Assembly: GCA_963703315.1 (NCBI GenBank)
Contig: OY969811.1
Location: forward strand, 3,680,001-3,744,000
From: an uncultured cyanobacterium
Lineage (GTDB): Bacteria; Cyanobacteriota; Cyanobacteriia; Pseudanabaenales; Pseudanabaenaceae
Direction of reading: 5' to 3'
DNA length: 64,000 nucleotides
Shown: in pieces, positions 38,118 through 48,805 of the stretch
Numbering within the stretch: the stretch's first letter is position 1
Layout of the letters: every line of letters begins with the position of its first letter
The notes under the pieces: generated by a model
The model's input: the letters and a program-made list of their open reading frames with translations, nothing else
Databases searched by the model: none
Told to the model about the DNA's origin: nothing
Translations under genes and position numbers: made by a program

Positions 38118-38639
38118 TTACTCACATTCTTGGAACTCTAATCGATATTTTACAGTTCCGCTACAACCAGCCAATGTATTATTTTCTAGCTCTAAAACCA
38201 TAAACACATCATCTGGTACAAGGTACTCACACTTTAAGCCATACTCTTTTGCTGTCACAAATCCAAAACGTGAATAGTAAGCGGGATAGCCCAACACAAC
38301 CACAGCTTGACAACCTAACTGCCGACATTGCTCTAAACCATATTTGATCAGTAGTGAGCCAATACCCTGACGTTGGTACTGAGGTAATACCGCTAATGGC
38401 GCTAATCCCAGCATGACTAATCCTTCAGGACATTTTCCATCGATCGCTACAGGACTAAAGAAAATATGCCCCACAATTTGGTCAGAGGCTTGGTCAGAGG
38501 CGATCGCCACAAAGGTCAGCGTATTAGCCACGCCTCGCAACCGATCAACTAAGTCAGCCTCATTTTCGCGCCCAAAGGCTGCCACATTGACGGCATGAAT
38601 TGCACTTACATCTTCAGGTTGCTCGGCTCGAATTTGCAT
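38118..38639 (-). CDS. GNAT N-acetyltransferase (YhbS-like)
   Basis: EADLVDRLR, LAPLAVLPQYQRQGIGSLL, VVLGYPAYYSRFGF. Confidence 0.9.
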   Translation of the reverse strand: MQIRAEQPEDVSAIHAVNVAAFGRENEADLVDRLRGVANTLTFVAIASDQASDQIVGHIFFSPVAIDGKCPEGLVMLGLAPLAVLPQYQRQGIGSLLIKYGLEQCRQLGCQAVVVLGYPAYYSRFGFVTAKEYGLKCEYLVPDDVFMVLELENNTLAGCSGTVKYRLEFQECE

Positions 38640-38697
38640 AGACTTAGACTATTCACAGAACCATGCGTTAGATAATAGGCTACAGCGATCGCCAAAT

Positions 38698-38802
38698 AAA
38701 ACCAAAACTAAAAATGGCTACGCCATTTTTAGTTTTGAAAACCCTTACTGGATTTGGGTTTTAATTCACAAAAGTGTTGTCACACTTTCGTGAATTGGTA
38801 TA
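38698..38802. mobile_element. MITE family E, copy 1 (two hairpins)
   Basis: ACCAAAACTAAAAATGGC-TAC-GCCATTTTTAGTTTTG...AATTCACAAAAGTG..CACTTTCGTGAATTGGTAT; ends shared with 58187-58329. Confidence 0.7.
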
Positions 38803-38956
38803 AAACCCCAAAGTATAGTTGCGGAGCAGAGAGTCGCAACTATACTTTAAATAGTAGAATTATTCTGATTGGCAAAAATCGTCAAAACGAACCTTAAAAC
38901 GTTAACTCTTACCAATTAACTGCTAGTCTAAAAAGCGCGAAAAGAGTATTACTGCA

Positions 38957-39721
38957 ATGATTGAAGAAGAAAATACACTAAGTTCTGACGACCTCATCGA
39001 TGAAGATGATGATGTACTAGAGTCAAGACTGCAACAACTTGCAGCCGAAGAACTACATCAAACCGCCCAACCAGAAGAAGTAAAAGATGGTACTCAGCCA
39101 TCAGCAACTACAGCTAGCGAACCTACAACTGAAGTTAGCAAAGCAAGTGCTGCTGCTGCCGCCACCCTTGAAAAAATTAATGCTTTAATCGCGGAGTCCA
39201 CCTCTCTAAGAGAGCAGTTAGACGATCGCAAGCAACAATACTTACGCCTATATGCCGATTTCGAGAATTTTCGCAAACGCACAGAGCGTGATAAAGAGGA
39301 GCAAGAAGGCACAATTACATCCAAGATTCTCAAAAAAATCTTGCCAGTAGTCGATGACTTTGAGCGGGCGCAATTACAAATTTCACCGAAAACAGATGGT
39401 GAAGCTCTAATTCATAAAAGTTATCAGTCGGTGTATAAGCAATTGCTGAAATGCCTCAAAGAGACTGGGGTAGCAAGGATGGAATGTGTCGGACAAGAAT
39501 TTGATCCGAATTTCCATGAAGCAATTATGCAAGAACCTTCTACAGAATATGACGAAGGCATAATTACTGAAGAGTTACGCCCAGGCTATCTAGTTAGCGA
39601 CGATCGCGTATTACGTCATTCACTAGTCAAAGTATCTTCAGGTAAAATTGATGGTGATAATAGTGGCTCTTCTGATGTTGCATCAGAAGATTCGACTGAC
39701 AATAGCTCCAATGAATCCTAA
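38957..39721 (+). CDS. grpE: Nucleotide exchange factor GrpE
   Basis: YLRLYADFENFRKR, LPVVDDFERA, FDPNFHEAI, GY..RVLRHSLVKVS. Confidence 0.96.
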   Translation: MIEEENTLSSDDLIDEDDDVLESRLQQLAAEELHQTAQPEEVKDGTQPSATTASEPTTEVSKASAAAAATLEKINALIAESTSLREQLDDRKQQYLRLYADFENFRKRTERDKEEQEGTITSKILKKILPVVDDFERAQLQISPKTDGEALIHKSYQSVYKQLLKCLKETGVARMECVGQEFDPNFHEAIMQEPSTEYDEGIITEELRPGYLVSDDRVLRHSLVKVSSGKIDGDNSGSSDVASEDSTDNSSNES

Positions 39722-39846
39722 GCGTAATTATTGCTAAATGTTTCAAGATGCGATCAAGATTGCATCTTGAAATGCAATCTTAGGGTACATTATTCAGAAA
39801 TTCACCAAGCTAAACTTTTAAAAAGCTTTTAACGGAACTGGCGATT

Positions 39847-41706
39847 ATGTCGAAAGTAATTGGGATCGACCTTGGTACGACAAACAGTTGTGTTTCGGTA
39901 TTAGAGGGTGGCAAACCTGTTGTCATTTCTAGTGCAGAAGGAGGGCGAACCACTCCAAGTATTGTCGCGTTTGTCAAAGACAGCAACGAGCGAATTGTTG
40001 GGCAGGTTGCCAAGCGTCAATCCGTCACCAATTCAGTTAATACGATTTATAGTATTAAGCGTTTTATTGGACGTAGTTGGAGTGAAACTGAGTCGGAGCG
40101 TAGTCGCGTTCCTTACACTGCGGTCAAAGGCAAAGATGAAACCGTCGATGTACAGATTGCTGATAAAACCTACACGCCCCAAGAAATTTCGGCGATGATC
40201 TTGCAAAAGCTGAGACAAGATGCCGAAAACTATCTGGGCGAAGAAGTCACTCAAGCTGTCATCACCGTACCCGCCTATTTCACCGATACTCAGCGCCAAG
40301 CGACAAAGGATGCAGGCGCGATTTCGGGCATGGAAGTGCTGCGAATAGTTAACGAGCCAACGGCGGCGGCACTAGCTTATGGACTAGATAAACAGGATCA
40401 AGATCAGATCGTTTTAGTATTTGACCTCGGCGGCGGTACTTTTGATGTGTCAGTACTGCAACTAGGCGATGGCATTTTTGAGGTTAAGGCGACTTCGGGT
40501 AATAATCACCTCGGTGGTGATGACTTTGATGCCGCGATCGTTGATTGGCTGCTTGCTGACTTTAAGCAAAAAGAAAATATCGACCTAACTACCGATAAAA
40601 CGGCAATCCAACGTCTCAAAGAAGCGGCGGAAAAAGCAAAAATAGAGCTTTCTAGCGCTCCTTCGACCTTAATTAGCTTGCCATTTATTGCCTCGAATGA
40701 AACAGGTCCAAAAACTATTGAGCTAGACTTCACTCGTTCCAAGTTTGATGAGATTACGGCGCACTTGGTGAAGGCAACTCTTGAACCTACGGCTCAAGCC
40801 TTAAAAGACGCAGGATTATTACCAAAAGAAATTAATCGGATTATTTTGGTGGGTGGTTCGACTCGGATTCCTTCAGTTCAAGATGCGATCTCTAAATTTT
40901 TTGATGGTAAAAAGCCAGATCAATCAGTTAATCCCGATGAAGCTGTAGCGATCGGTGCTGCCGTCCAAGCAGGGATTTTAGGGGGAGAAGTTAAGGATTT
41001 ATTGCTGTTAGACGTAATTCCTCTGTCGATTGGGCTAGAAACCCAAGGCGGCGTATTTACCAAAAACTTAGAACGCAATACCACCATCCCTACTAGCAAA
41101 TCGCAAATTTTCTCCACTGCCGTTGATAATCAATCCGCCGTAGAAATCCATGTCCTACAGGGCGAACGGGCAATGGCAAAGGATAACAAAAGCCTTGGTA
41201 AGTTTGAGCTAGAGGGCATCCGTCCCGCACCCAGAGGCATTCCTCAAATCGAAGTTTCCTTTGACATTGATGCTAACGGTATTCTGAAGGTTTCAGCGCG
41301 AGATATTGATACTGGAGTCGAGCAGAGCATTAGTATTACCAATACAGGCGGCTTGAGTCCTAGTGAAATTGAGAGAATGCGGATGGAGGCTGAAGTATAT
41401 TCCGAGGAAGATACTGCCCGTCGTGAATTGGCAAATATGCGTAACCAAGCATCTAACCTAATTCGTACTGTCGAAGAAATTCTCCGAGACAATGGACCGA
41501 CGGTAATTAGTCAGAGTATGCGCGAAGAGCCTCTCAAAAATATGGAAGCTCTTAAAAATTTATACGAATCAGAGGAGGCAACCTACGAAGATCTACAAAT
41601 TGCGATCAAGCCCCTCCAACAGTCATTGTTTGAATTGACTCAAGCGGTGGAGAAATACTCTCAAGTTGAGCGTGTTAAACAAAAGCCTAGTGATACTTTG
41701 GGATAG
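39847..41706 (+). CDS. dnaK: Hsp70 chaperone DnaK (paralog not resolved)
   Basis: [44 protein letters not shown]. Confidence 0.97.
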   Translation: MSKVIGIDLGTTNSCVSVLEGGKPVVISSAEGGRTTPSIVAFVKDSNERIVGQVAKRQSVTNSVNTIYSIKRFIGRSWSETESERSRVPYTAVKGKDETVDVQIADKTYTPQEISAMILQKLRQDAENYLGEEVTQAVITVPAYFTDTQRQATKDAGAISGMEVLRIVNEPTAAALAYGLDKQDQDQIVLVFDLGGGTFDVSVLQLGDGIFEVKATSGNNHLGGDDFDAAIVDWLLADFKQKENIDLTTDKTAIQRLKEAAEKAKIELSSAPSTLISLPFIASNETGPKTIELDFTRSKFDEITAHLVKATLEPTAQALKDAGLLPKEINRIILVGGSTRIPSVQDAISKFFDGKKPDQSVNPDEAVAIGAAVQAGILGGEVKDLLLLDVIPLSIGLETQGGVFTKNLERNTTIPTSKSQIFSTAVDNQSAVEIHVLQGERAMAKDNKSLGKFELEGIRPAPRGIPQIEVSFDIDANGILKVSARDIDTGVEQSISITNTGGLSPSEIERMRMEAEVYSEEDTARRELANMRNQASNLIRTVEEILRDNGPTVISQSMREEPLKNMEALKNLYESEEATYEDLQIAIKPLQQSLFELTQAVEKYSQVERVKQKPSDTLG

Positions 41707-41871
41707 TGAAAAGGAGCAAATCGCTCCTTTTTGCATCTGGGTTTAAACGCGATACCTTTATCTGAAGTGCAAAGCGCTGTATGATTACAGAGTCATACTT
41801 GTATTTTTAGCTACAGTTGTTGTCTGTCAACATTGACAACTGAAAGCTTATTCTGTAAACCGTGAGCCGCT

Positions 41872-42840
41872 ATGTCACTGTTTGATTGGTTTGCCGAAAA
41901 TCGCTCACGCGCTAGTGAAGCATATCGCCGCAAAACCCCTAATCTAAATCAAGAATCTCAAGAAAGGGAAATTCCTGATGGTCTATGGCACAAATGTTCT
42001 AGTTGTGGTGCTTTGACTTATGTCAAGGACTTAAAGACTAATTTGATGGTTTGCCCTGAATGCGGACATCATAATCAAGTAAATGCCTACGAGCGGATTG
42101 CTCAACTGATTGATGCAGGGACATGGCAAGAAATGGATGCAGATTTGACATCCTGCGATCCCTTGGGTTTTAAAGATCGTAAGCCCTACATCGATCGCAT
42201 CAAGGAATATAAACAAAAAACTGGCTTAAGTGATGGGGTGATCACTGGAACTGGCAAAATCGATGGTAGTGATGCTGCTCTGGCGGTGATGGATTTTCGG
42301 TTTATGGGTGGCAGTATGGGATCAGTAGTGGGTGAAAAAATTACCCGTATGCTGGAAACTGCTACTGCGAAACGTATTCCTGCATTAATCTTCTGTGCAT
42401 CAGGTGGAGCGCGGATGCAGGAAGGGATTTTGAGCTTAATGCAGATGGCAAAAACTTCCGCAGCTTTGGAGCGCCATCGTCAGGCTAATTTACTCTATAT
42501 TCCAGTTTTGACTAATCCCACAACGGGCGGTGTAACTGCTAGTTTTGCGATGCTTGGTGATCTGATTTTGGCTGAGCCTAAAGCTTTGATCGGTTTTACA
42601 GGTCGGCGCGTAATTGAGCAAACTCTCAAGCAAAAAATTCCTGAAGGTTTTCAGTCATCAGAATATTTGCTCGATCATGGTTTTGTGGATGCGGTTGTGC
42701 CACGTACCAAGCTGAAGCAAAATTTGTCGATGATCTTGAAAATGCATCAACCTGCGATCGCTGCTAATGCTCACCTGAATGGTGCTGCCAAATCAGTTGC
42801 CCCGATTTTGTCTGATACCACGCTAGCCTCTGAGGTGTAG
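41872..42840 (+). CDS. accD: Acetyl-CoA carboxylase carboxyltransferase beta subunit
   Basis: [15 protein letters not shown] zinc finger, [26 protein letters not shown]. Confidence 0.97.
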   Translation: MSLFDWFAENRSRASEAYRRKTPNLNQESQEREIPDGLWHKCSSCGALTYVKDLKTNLMVCPECGHHNQVNAYERIAQLIDAGTWQEMDADLTSCDPLGFKDRKPYIDRIKEYKQKTGLSDGVITGTGKIDGSDAALAVMDFRFMGGSMGSVVGEKITRMLETATAKRIPALIFCASGGARMQEGILSLMQMAKTSAALERHRQANLLYIPVLTNPTTGGVTASFAMLGDLILAEPKALIGFTGRRVIEQTLKQKIPEGFQSSEYLLDHGFVDAVVPRTKLKQNLSMILKMHQPAIAANAHLNGAAKSVAPILSDTTLASEV

Positions 42841-43780
42841 CATCATCTAAGTTAATTGCTTGGCGAGGAGCGGCGATCGCTAAGTTAATCGCTTGTTCTG
42901 GCTCGCAAACTTGCCATTTAACTAGGTTATTCACCGTATTGAGTAATGGAACTGTTGTACCTGAAAGCGTACCATCGGGTAGTCTAGCTGTGCCATCGGT
43001 GACCGTAATCGGGCGATCGTCCCAAGGATAAATGCCATCGGGTAAACCTAGTGGTGCAAGAGCATCACTAACGAGAAATATTTTGTTGGTCATCCGATAG
43101 AGCAGTTTCACCATTTGCGGCGAAACATGGACTCCATCAGCTATTAATCCACACCAGACGCGATCGCTTAATATTGCTTCGCCTAACAAACCCACATCGC
43201 GATGATGCAAACTCGGCATGGCATTAAAGGCATGAGTGACCATCGTTGCCCCTTGTGAGATCGCCATTCTCGTTTGTTCAGCATTAGCCGTGGAGTGACC
43301 AAGACTGACGATAATCTGGCGATCGCATAGATATTTAATAGTTACACCTGATGGATCGAGTTCAGGGGCAAGGGTGATCACTTTAATGATTTCGGTGTAG
43401 TCGCCTAATAATTGTTGAAGTGTATCGAGATTAAGCGGTAATAAATGTTGCTGAGGATGTGCGCCCCGCTTATCGGGATGTAAGCAAGAACCTTCGAGAT
43501 GGACACCTAAAATTTTGGCTGTGAGAGGATCAGGATTTTGCTTTTGATAGGCGATCGCTTCGGCTAGAAAAAATAGCGATCGATGGAATTGTTCGATAGA
43601 AGTAGTGACAAGGGTAGGCAGAAATCCATCAATACCCTGTTGATATAAAAAACGACAAATTTCTGGTAACTTGCTGGCGCGATCGCTGGTTAAATCATTA
43701 AAAGGAACTCCCAAAGCTCCATTAATCTGTAGGTCAATTGCCCCTTGGGTAAAGCAGATAAATTTGTGTGCGCCTGTCAT
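42764..43780 (-). CDS. nagA: N-acetylglucosamine-6-phosphate deacetylase
   Basis: IDLQING, PTLVT, GVHLEG, KRGAH, TLAPE, THAFNAM, IADGVHV, LVSDA. Confidence 0.93.
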   Translation of the reverse strand: MTGAHKFICFTQGAIDLQINGALGVPFNDLTSDRASKLPEICRFLYQQGIDGFLPTLVTTSIEQFHRSLFFLAEAIAYQKQNPDPLTAKILGVHLEGSCLHPDKRGAHPQQHLLPLNLDTLQQLLGDYTEIIKVITLAPELDPSGVTIKYLCDRQIIVSLGHSTANAEQTRMAISQGATMVTHAFNAMPSLHHRDVGLLGEAILSDRVWCGLIADGVHVSPQMVKLLYRMTNKIFLVSDALAPLGLPDGIYPWDDRPITVTDGTARLPDGTLSGTTVPLLNTVNNLVKWQVCEPEQAINLAIAAPRQAINLDDATPQRLAWYQTKSGQLIWQHHSGEH

Positions 43781-43914
43781 GATTTCTAGCGATCGCTAAT
43801 TATTTTGATCGAATCTAGAGAGAGTAAGCCTCTTCGGGGCTTACTCTCTAGGATTGCTATAGATTGAGCTATTATGATTGGTAACATCACCCCAATTAAT
43901 CTAATTCTAATCTT

Positions 43915-44499
43915 ATGACAGTTCAATTGCTTACGCAAAACCAGAATAAGTTGGCGAATAAGTTCCTATTAACGACCCAGCAATATCATCTCATGCATGA
44001 AGCTGGTGTTTTCCAAGAGGGCGATCGCTACGAATTAATTAACGGAGAAATTACAAAAATGTCCCCAATTGGTAGAAAACACGCAGTCTGTGTGACTCGT
44101 TTACAAGAACTATTTATTAGTCGTTTATTAGGCAAAGTGCAGGTTTGGTCACAAAATCCGATTCTTCTGGATAATGGCTCAGAGCCACAGCCCGATCTCG
44201 CCATTCTCAAACGTCGTGAAGACTTCTATGCTGATAGATTGCCAACACCTGATGATATTTTGTTGATTATTGAGGTTGCTGATAGTTCCATTGATTACGA
44301 TCGCGATATCAAAGCGCCTCTATATGCGGCGGCAGGGATTCCTGAAATGTGGTTGTTTGATGTGAATAAAAAAGCGATCGAGGGATATTCGCAACCATCG
44401 GCAAATGGATATAAATTAATCAGACGTTACGATGAGAATGATACTTTATCAATGCTTGCTTTTCCTGATGTGACCTTCAATTGGAATGAACTTTTTTAA
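43915..44499 (+). CDS. Uma2-family (PD-D/ExK) endonuclease
   Basis: ELINGEI..MSPIG..H, SEPQPD, LIIEVADSS..YDR..K..LYA..GIPE. Confidence 0.92.
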   Translation: MTVQLLTQNQNKLANKFLLTTQQYHLMHEAGVFQEGDRYELINGEITKMSPIGRKHAVCVTRLQELFISRLLGKVQVWSQNPILLDNGSEPQPDLAILKRREDFYADRLPTPDDILLIIEVADSSIDYDRDIKAPLYAAAGIPEMWLFDVNKKAIEGYSQPSANGYKLIRRYDENDTLSMLAFPDVTFNWNELF

Positions 44500-44813
44500 A
44501 TAGTAGTTTTTTCGGTGTAGATGTTGATGCCAACGCGATCAATATGCTCCTTGAGCTTGGGTTCAGCGATCGCCTCATAATGCACGACATCAAAAAAGTA
44601 GGGTAATGGTTTTTCTTCATTAAGACAATCGGCAAATCGGGCTGTAATTTCGTAGGTAATGCGATCACCTTTTATCGCCAAATCCACATCAGAGCCTATT
44701 TTGTAATTCCCCTTTGCCCGCGAGCCAAACAAGATTACTTCGGCAATCTCAGGAAATTCTCGAATCGCTTCGTTGATATAAACAAAATCTCGCTCAATTA
44801 ATCCGTACTTCAT
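44496..44813 (-). CDS. Minimal nucleotidyltransferase (MNT antitoxin)
   Basis: LFGSRAKGNYKIGSDVDL (GS-x10-DxD). Confidence 0.9.
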   Translation of the reverse strand: MKYGLIERDFVYINEAIREFPEIAEVILFGSRAKGNYKIGSDVDLAIKGDRITYEITARFADCLNEEKPLPYFFDVVHYEAIAEPKLKEHIDRVGINIYTEKTTI

Positions 44814-45217
44814 AGAGTTGCTATTTTGTTCTGGAAATAGGCATACACTTCCGCCAGAAGTTGAAAATATTTATCTCTAATTTTGGCTTCGACTGCGATC
44901 GCGGTTTCTTCATTGTAAGTATGTGCAGTCAAGTTACGATCTTGAAAGGCATCGATCCAGTCATGTCCATTACTGATTAACCCTGACTGAAAAGCCTGTT
45001 TAATCGCTTCTCTAGGAGTTTTGACAATGAATCCTTCTGTTTCTTCATAGTCCTTGAGCAGTTTCCAAGCAAGTTCAAAGGTCATCTCAAAAAATTGAAT
45101 CAATCCTGCTCTTTCTAAAATGGAAAGTGGTTCTGTTTTGAGGGAGTCTTGCAATAAAAGGAATGCTCTCTCAAAGTTAGAAAATCTCTGTATCCATCGA
45201 ATATCTTCTTCTAGCAT
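44810..45217 (-). CDS. HEPN / HI0074-family protein (toxin partner of MNT)
   Basis: IQFFEMTFELAWK, DRNLTAHTY (R-x4-H-x-Y); 4-bp overlap with the MNT gene. Confidence 0.9.
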   Translation of the reverse strand: MLEEDIRWIQRFSNFERAFLLLQDSLKTEPLSILERAGLIQFFEMTFELAWKLLKDYEETEGFIVKTPREAIKQAFQSGLISNGHDWIDAFQDRNLTAHTYNEETAIAVEAKIRDKYFQLLAEVYAYFQNKIATL

Positions 45218-45414
45218 AATTAACTTTGCTGTAGCTTAATCAGGGCTTGAGTTTTGGCAAGGCACACTAGATGTTCGATAAATTCATAATGCTGCCATAG
45301 ATAGTTGATTGACAATGAGTACGGTAATTAATAATCTGTTTTTTGAAATTTTCTTAACTCTTCTTGAGTACTTAAAGCAATTTGCAAAGCTTTATCAGAT
45401 AAGCAACAGCAACA

Positions 45415-46767
45415 CTATAACCTTTTCAAGACTTTACCTGATTTATCAATTAATAATTCTTCTTGCCCTAAACGTATACCTAAAAGATATCGATTATTTT
45501 TTACTTTGGCTTTACCATTCGCGAACTTTCCTGCAATATCAAATTGAGGTGTAATAGCTTCCTGTCCATTTTTATTAACATATCCCCACTTGTCATTAAT
45601 TCTCACAGCAACCATATCATCACTAAATTCAGCAGTATGGGTAACCTGATAAGTATCAACCTCAGAATATCTTGGCTTAATCATCCATTTCCCACTCTTG
45701 TCAATGGTTCCCCACAATCCTTTGCTTTTTGCAAAATAGAATTTTCTATTATCCATAGAATCTGAATCACCTCCCTCAATCACATCAAACAGAAAGTTTC
45801 CATTATTGTCAATAAATGCTAGCCAAGAACAACTTAGCGATTTATATTTCTCACTCTCAAGGCAGTATTCAATCTGGGCTATTCTACTATTAAATTTACC
45901 AGCTTTGTGAACCCTGAGAATTTTTTCTTGCTGCCAATCAAATAACCCACTTACTTGGCGATCTCGAAAATCTATAACAGTTTTTCCAGTTTTATCTATA
46001 TAAATCCAACTATCCTTAGGAGCGACAGATGCTAATCCCTCAGAGAATGGAGATGCCCGTAAGAATTGTGGTCGAATTACTATATTTCCTGTTTTGTCAA
46101 TATATCCATAAGTGTGGACAGGAATTTCCTTATACTCATCATAAGTGCTATAAGATATGATTGCTAAACCTTCATTGAAGTTTGTTAAAGTCCAATCCTT
46201 TCTCTCAAACTGAGTATTCAAAACTATTTGGTATGACTGATTAACATAGCAATATTTTTCGTCAACAATTGCTAGTGACAATCCTTCAGAAGACTCTTTA
46301 CTTAAAAAACTACCTTTGGGAATTTGAGCGACGATTCCATAGTTCTCATTGAGGATCACTAAATTTCCTTTAATTGTTGTGCGTAAAAGTCCATCACGAA
46401 ATTTTTCTGGTTCACCGATAAACTGTGGGGTAATAACAATATTACCATTCTTATCAATACATCCCCATTGCTCTTTCCCCCATTGTTGTTGAGACAGCTC
46501 TGCTAAAAGTTTTACTAGCGCAATTCCTTTTTTAAAGTCACGGGATTCATAGATCTCAAAATTAGTCCTAATGGCTATATTACCTAATGCATCAATATAG
46601 ACCCATTTATTATTCAGTTTAGCTGCTGCCAGTCCCTCTGAGAATCTACGAACTTCATCAAACAATGGCTGAATAACAAGCCGACCATTCTGATCTTCAT
46701 AGCCCCACTTACTACCAAGTTTTGTAGGCTTTAAATTAGGTTGGTTAGACATTGGAAGACCTAACAT
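45415..46767 (-). CDS. WG-repeat (KWG) beta-repeat protein
   Basis: Repeated FSEGLA...K(W/Y)GYIDKxG..VIxPQF units; AT-rich. Confidence 0.9.
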   Translation of the reverse strand: MLGLPMSNQPNLKPTKLGSKWGYEDQNGRLVIQPLFDEVRRFSEGLAAAKLNNKWVYIDALGNIAIRTNFEIYESRDFKKGIALVKLLAELSQQQWGKEQWGCIDKNGNIVITPQFIGEPEKFRDGLLRTTIKGNLVILNENYGIVAQIPKGSFLSKESSEGLSLAIVDEKYCYVNQSYQIVLNTQFERKDWTLTNFNEGLAIISYSTYDEYKEIPVHTYGYIDKTGNIVIRPQFLRASPFSEGLASVAPKDSWIYIDKTGKTVIDFRDRQVSGLFDWQQEKILRVHKAGKFNSRIAQIEYCLESEKYKSLSCSWLAFIDNNGNFLFDVIEGGDSDSMDNRKFYFAKSKGLWGTIDKSGKWMIKPRYSEVDTYQVTHTAEFSDDMVAVRINDKWGYVNKNGQEAITPQFDIAGKFANGKAKVKNNRYLLGIRLGQEELLIDKSGKVLKRL

Positions 46768-46918
46768 TTGTGACCTCGATAGTTTACCTAAATCTAATAT
46801 GGTTGAGTTTGCGCTTGAGTAATTGCTTCTAGTTTAGCTTGTTTACACATTAACCAAACTCCTTTGTTCTTCAGAATATTCAGGGTGATCGCCTAAATTA
46901 CCCTGACCCTCAGCAAAA

Positions 46919-47137
46919 CTATGCAGCAACTTTGAGAACATTTGTAGATGATTTGACAAGGATTAAATCTTTAAGATCGACCTTACGACTAGCATTATCA
47001 ATATCAAATCCCACCAAATTTCCACTAGAATCATAATCTGCAACTACACCTTCAGAAATTTCAGAACTTTCTGCGCTAGGTTTATCTGATAAATGTATAT
47101 ACAAGGAATCAGTTTCAGGGTAGTAGCTTATCTTCAT
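46919..47137 (-). CDS. DUF2283-family putative antitoxin
   Basis: MKISYYPETDSLYIHL...EISEGVVADYDSSGNLVGFDI. Confidence 0.88.
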   Translation of the reverse strand: MKISYYPETDSLYIHLSDKPSAESSEISEGVVADYDSSGNLVGFDIDNASRKVDLKDLILVKSSTNVLKVAA

Positions 47138-47376
47138 GGTTTAAATCCTCGATCTGGGAAAGCATTATGGATTGTTACTTTATCTTCTAGCGTAATTACA
47201 CGCAAAATCCGATTGTTTATCTCCTCAATAGCTCCAAAAAATCGAAATCTATTGTTTTCTTGTTCTTCAACCCGTATCGGATTCTCAATTACACGAATAC
47301 ACCACTCCTTTTGTAAGTACGGTCGTTTTTTAAAAACCTCGTTCTAAAAATAATCAGTAAATTTATATTCACCCAT
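47134..47376 (-). pseudogene. Putative toxin partner of DUF2283 (RelE/BrnT-like fold), inactivated by an in-frame TAG at codon 11
   Basis: MGEYKFTDYF*NEVFKKRPYLQKEWCIRVIENP...LRVITLEDKVTIHNAFPDRGFKP; TAG at 47346-47344; its stop overlaps the DUF2283 ATG (ATGA). Confidence 0.75.
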
Positions 47377-47454
47377 TGTTACATTCGCGTTGGAGTTAGA
47401 GTATTCATAAGCAAATATGAAAAAGATACTCATCATATTTTAGCCGCAAGATTA

Positions 47455-47497
47455 GGCGATCGCGCTTTTGGTTAGCTGATTTTATGGGAAAGGCGAT
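47455..47497 (+). repeat. 43-bp HIP1-bounded direct repeat, copy 1
   Basis: GGCGATCGCGCTTTTGGTTAGCTGATTTTATGGGAAAGGCGAT, identical to 48208-48250. Confidence 0.9.
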
Positions 47498-47558
47498 TCA
47501 TGACTTTTGACGATGCCTTATACTGAATAAATCAACTTGCACTTAGTCCATTACTTTT

Positions 47559-47768
47559 ATGCCTGAAGTTGTAGAAATCCCCATCGAACTAACCAAATTT
47601 CAGCTTCCAGAAGCGGTTCATGCAAGGCTTCAGTTTTTACTCGATTGCCAAGATTCAGGACATACGCTATCACAGAACGAAACACAAGAAGCTCAAGGAC
47701 TCATCGATTTAGCAGAATTTCTGTCCTTGCTTTTTTTGCGATCGCAACGAGTGCAAAAGTTTAGTTAA
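47559..47768 (+). CDS. Small putative antitoxin upstream of HNH gene
   Basis: FQLPEAVHARLQFLLDCQDSG..LSQNETQEAQGLIDLAEFLSLL; abuts the HNH gene. Confidence 0.7.
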   Translation: MPEVVEIPIELTKFQLPEAVHARLQFLLDCQDSGHTLSQNETQEAQGLIDLAEFLSLLFLRSQRVQKFS

Positions 47769-48182
47769 ATGTCATCAATTCCCGCGTCCCTCCGCAGATT
47801 AGTCATCCAGAGATCTAGCGATCGCTGTGAATATTGCTGCATCTCACAAATAGGTCAAGTAGCCACCTTTTATATTGACCATGTTATCCCCGTCGTTGCT
47901 GGCGGTGAAACAACTCCTGACAATTTAGCCCTTGCCTGCGTATCCTGTTCACTCAGAAAAGGCGCACGTCAAGAAATTGAAGACGTAGAAACAGGTGCAA
48001 CTGTGAATATTTTCAATCCCCGCCAACAGTCATGGAACAAGCATTTCCATTGGGAAGGTGTAAAAGTTGTTGGATTAACACCTACAGGAAGGGCAACTAT
48101 CAAAGCCTTAGACTTAAATAGAGCAACAATGTTAGCAATTCGCACTGAAGAAGAGTTATTAGGTCGCCATCCTCCGAGCTAA
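47769..48182 (+). CDS. HNH endonuclease
   Basis: RCEYC, IDHVIP..GG, NLALACVSC, FNPRQQSW..HF, LTPTGRATI. Confidence 0.9.
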   Translation: MSSIPASLRRLVIQRSSDRCEYCCISQIGQVATFYIDHVIPVVAGGETTPDNLALACVSCSLRKGARQEIEDVETGATVNIFNPRQQSWNKHFHWEGVKVVGLTPTGRATIKALDLNRATMLAIRTEEELLGRHPPS

Positions 48183-48207
48183 AAGTTATATTTTTAGCTC
48201 GGAGGAT

Positions 48208-48250
48208 GGCGATCGCGCTTTTGGTTAGCTGATTTTATGGGAAAGGCGAT
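48208..48250 (+). repeat. 43-bp HIP1-bounded direct repeat, copy 2
   Basis: Identical to 47455-47497. Confidence 0.9.
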
Positions 48251-48311
48251 CGTAAAAGTTAAGTGGGCTAATATTAAAGTGTATGTACAGAGTTTAGATC
48301 CTTTAACAAAG

Positions 48312-48524
48312 ATGAAAACCTATAGCTTTGACAAAATCCTTGAATCCGTTGAAGAAATGTCTGATGAGGAACAACTTACCTTAGTTGAACTGATCGCCCA
48401 TCGCATCAGCGAAAGACGGAGAGATGCAATTGCTCTTAATATCATGCGTGCAAACGAAGACTACTCTCAGGGGAAAGTGTTTCGAGGCTCCGTAGCTGAT
48501 ATTATGGCGGAACTAGAGAGATGA
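48312..48524 (+). CDS. Small putative antitoxin
   Basis: ATG at 48312 (MKTYSFDKILESVEEM...GSVADIMAEL); ATGA overlap with the toxin. The ORF-track start at 48237 lies inside the repeat. Confidence 0.75.
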   Translation: MKTYSFDKILESVEEMSDEEQLTLVELIAHRISERRRDAIALNIMRANEDYSQGKVFRGSVADIMAELER

Positions 48525-48805
48525 GATCTCTTGTATCAACTTCTTCATTCAAGCGAGCCTTTAAAGCCTTAATTCGCCGCAATCCCGAAATGAAAAGCCA
48601 AATAGCTCAACGATTAGAAATGTTAGCAGTTGACCCATTTCAGCCTGCTCTGAAAACCCACAAATTGAAAGGTAAGCTATCTGGCGCGTGGGCTTGCACT
48701 GTAGAATATGACTGTCGAATAGTCTTCAATTTTAAGAAAAATCCAGATTCAGACTTAGAAGAAATTCTTCTTATTGATATTGGTAGTCACGATGAAGTTT
48801 ATTGA
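48521..48805 (+). CDS. RelE/YafQ-family mRNA interferase toxin
   Basis: FKRAFK, DPFQPALKTHKLKGKL, DCRIVF, LIDIGSHDEVY. Confidence 0.9.
   Translation: MRSLVSTSSFKRAFKALIRRNPEMKSQIAQRLEMLAVDPFQPALKTHKLKGKLSGAWACTVEYDCRIVFNFKKNPDSDLEEILLIDIGSHDEVY

Noticed and set aside
38803..38956. CIRCE element upstream of grpE-dnaK
   Set aside because: TTAGCACTC-N9-GAGTGCTAA is not present; only a repeat-like hairpin.
42764..42840. 77-bp convergent overlap of accD and nagA
   Set aside because: Involves only low-conservation C-terminal tails; no sign of function.
46794..46850. 18-aa minus-strand ORF MCKQAKLEAITQAQTQPY with AAGGAG RBS
   Set aside because: Too short to support; more likely a gene remnant.
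45218..47454. Integron attC sites between TA and WG genes
   Set aside because: No RYYYAAC...GTTRRRY-bounded hairpins and no integrase found.
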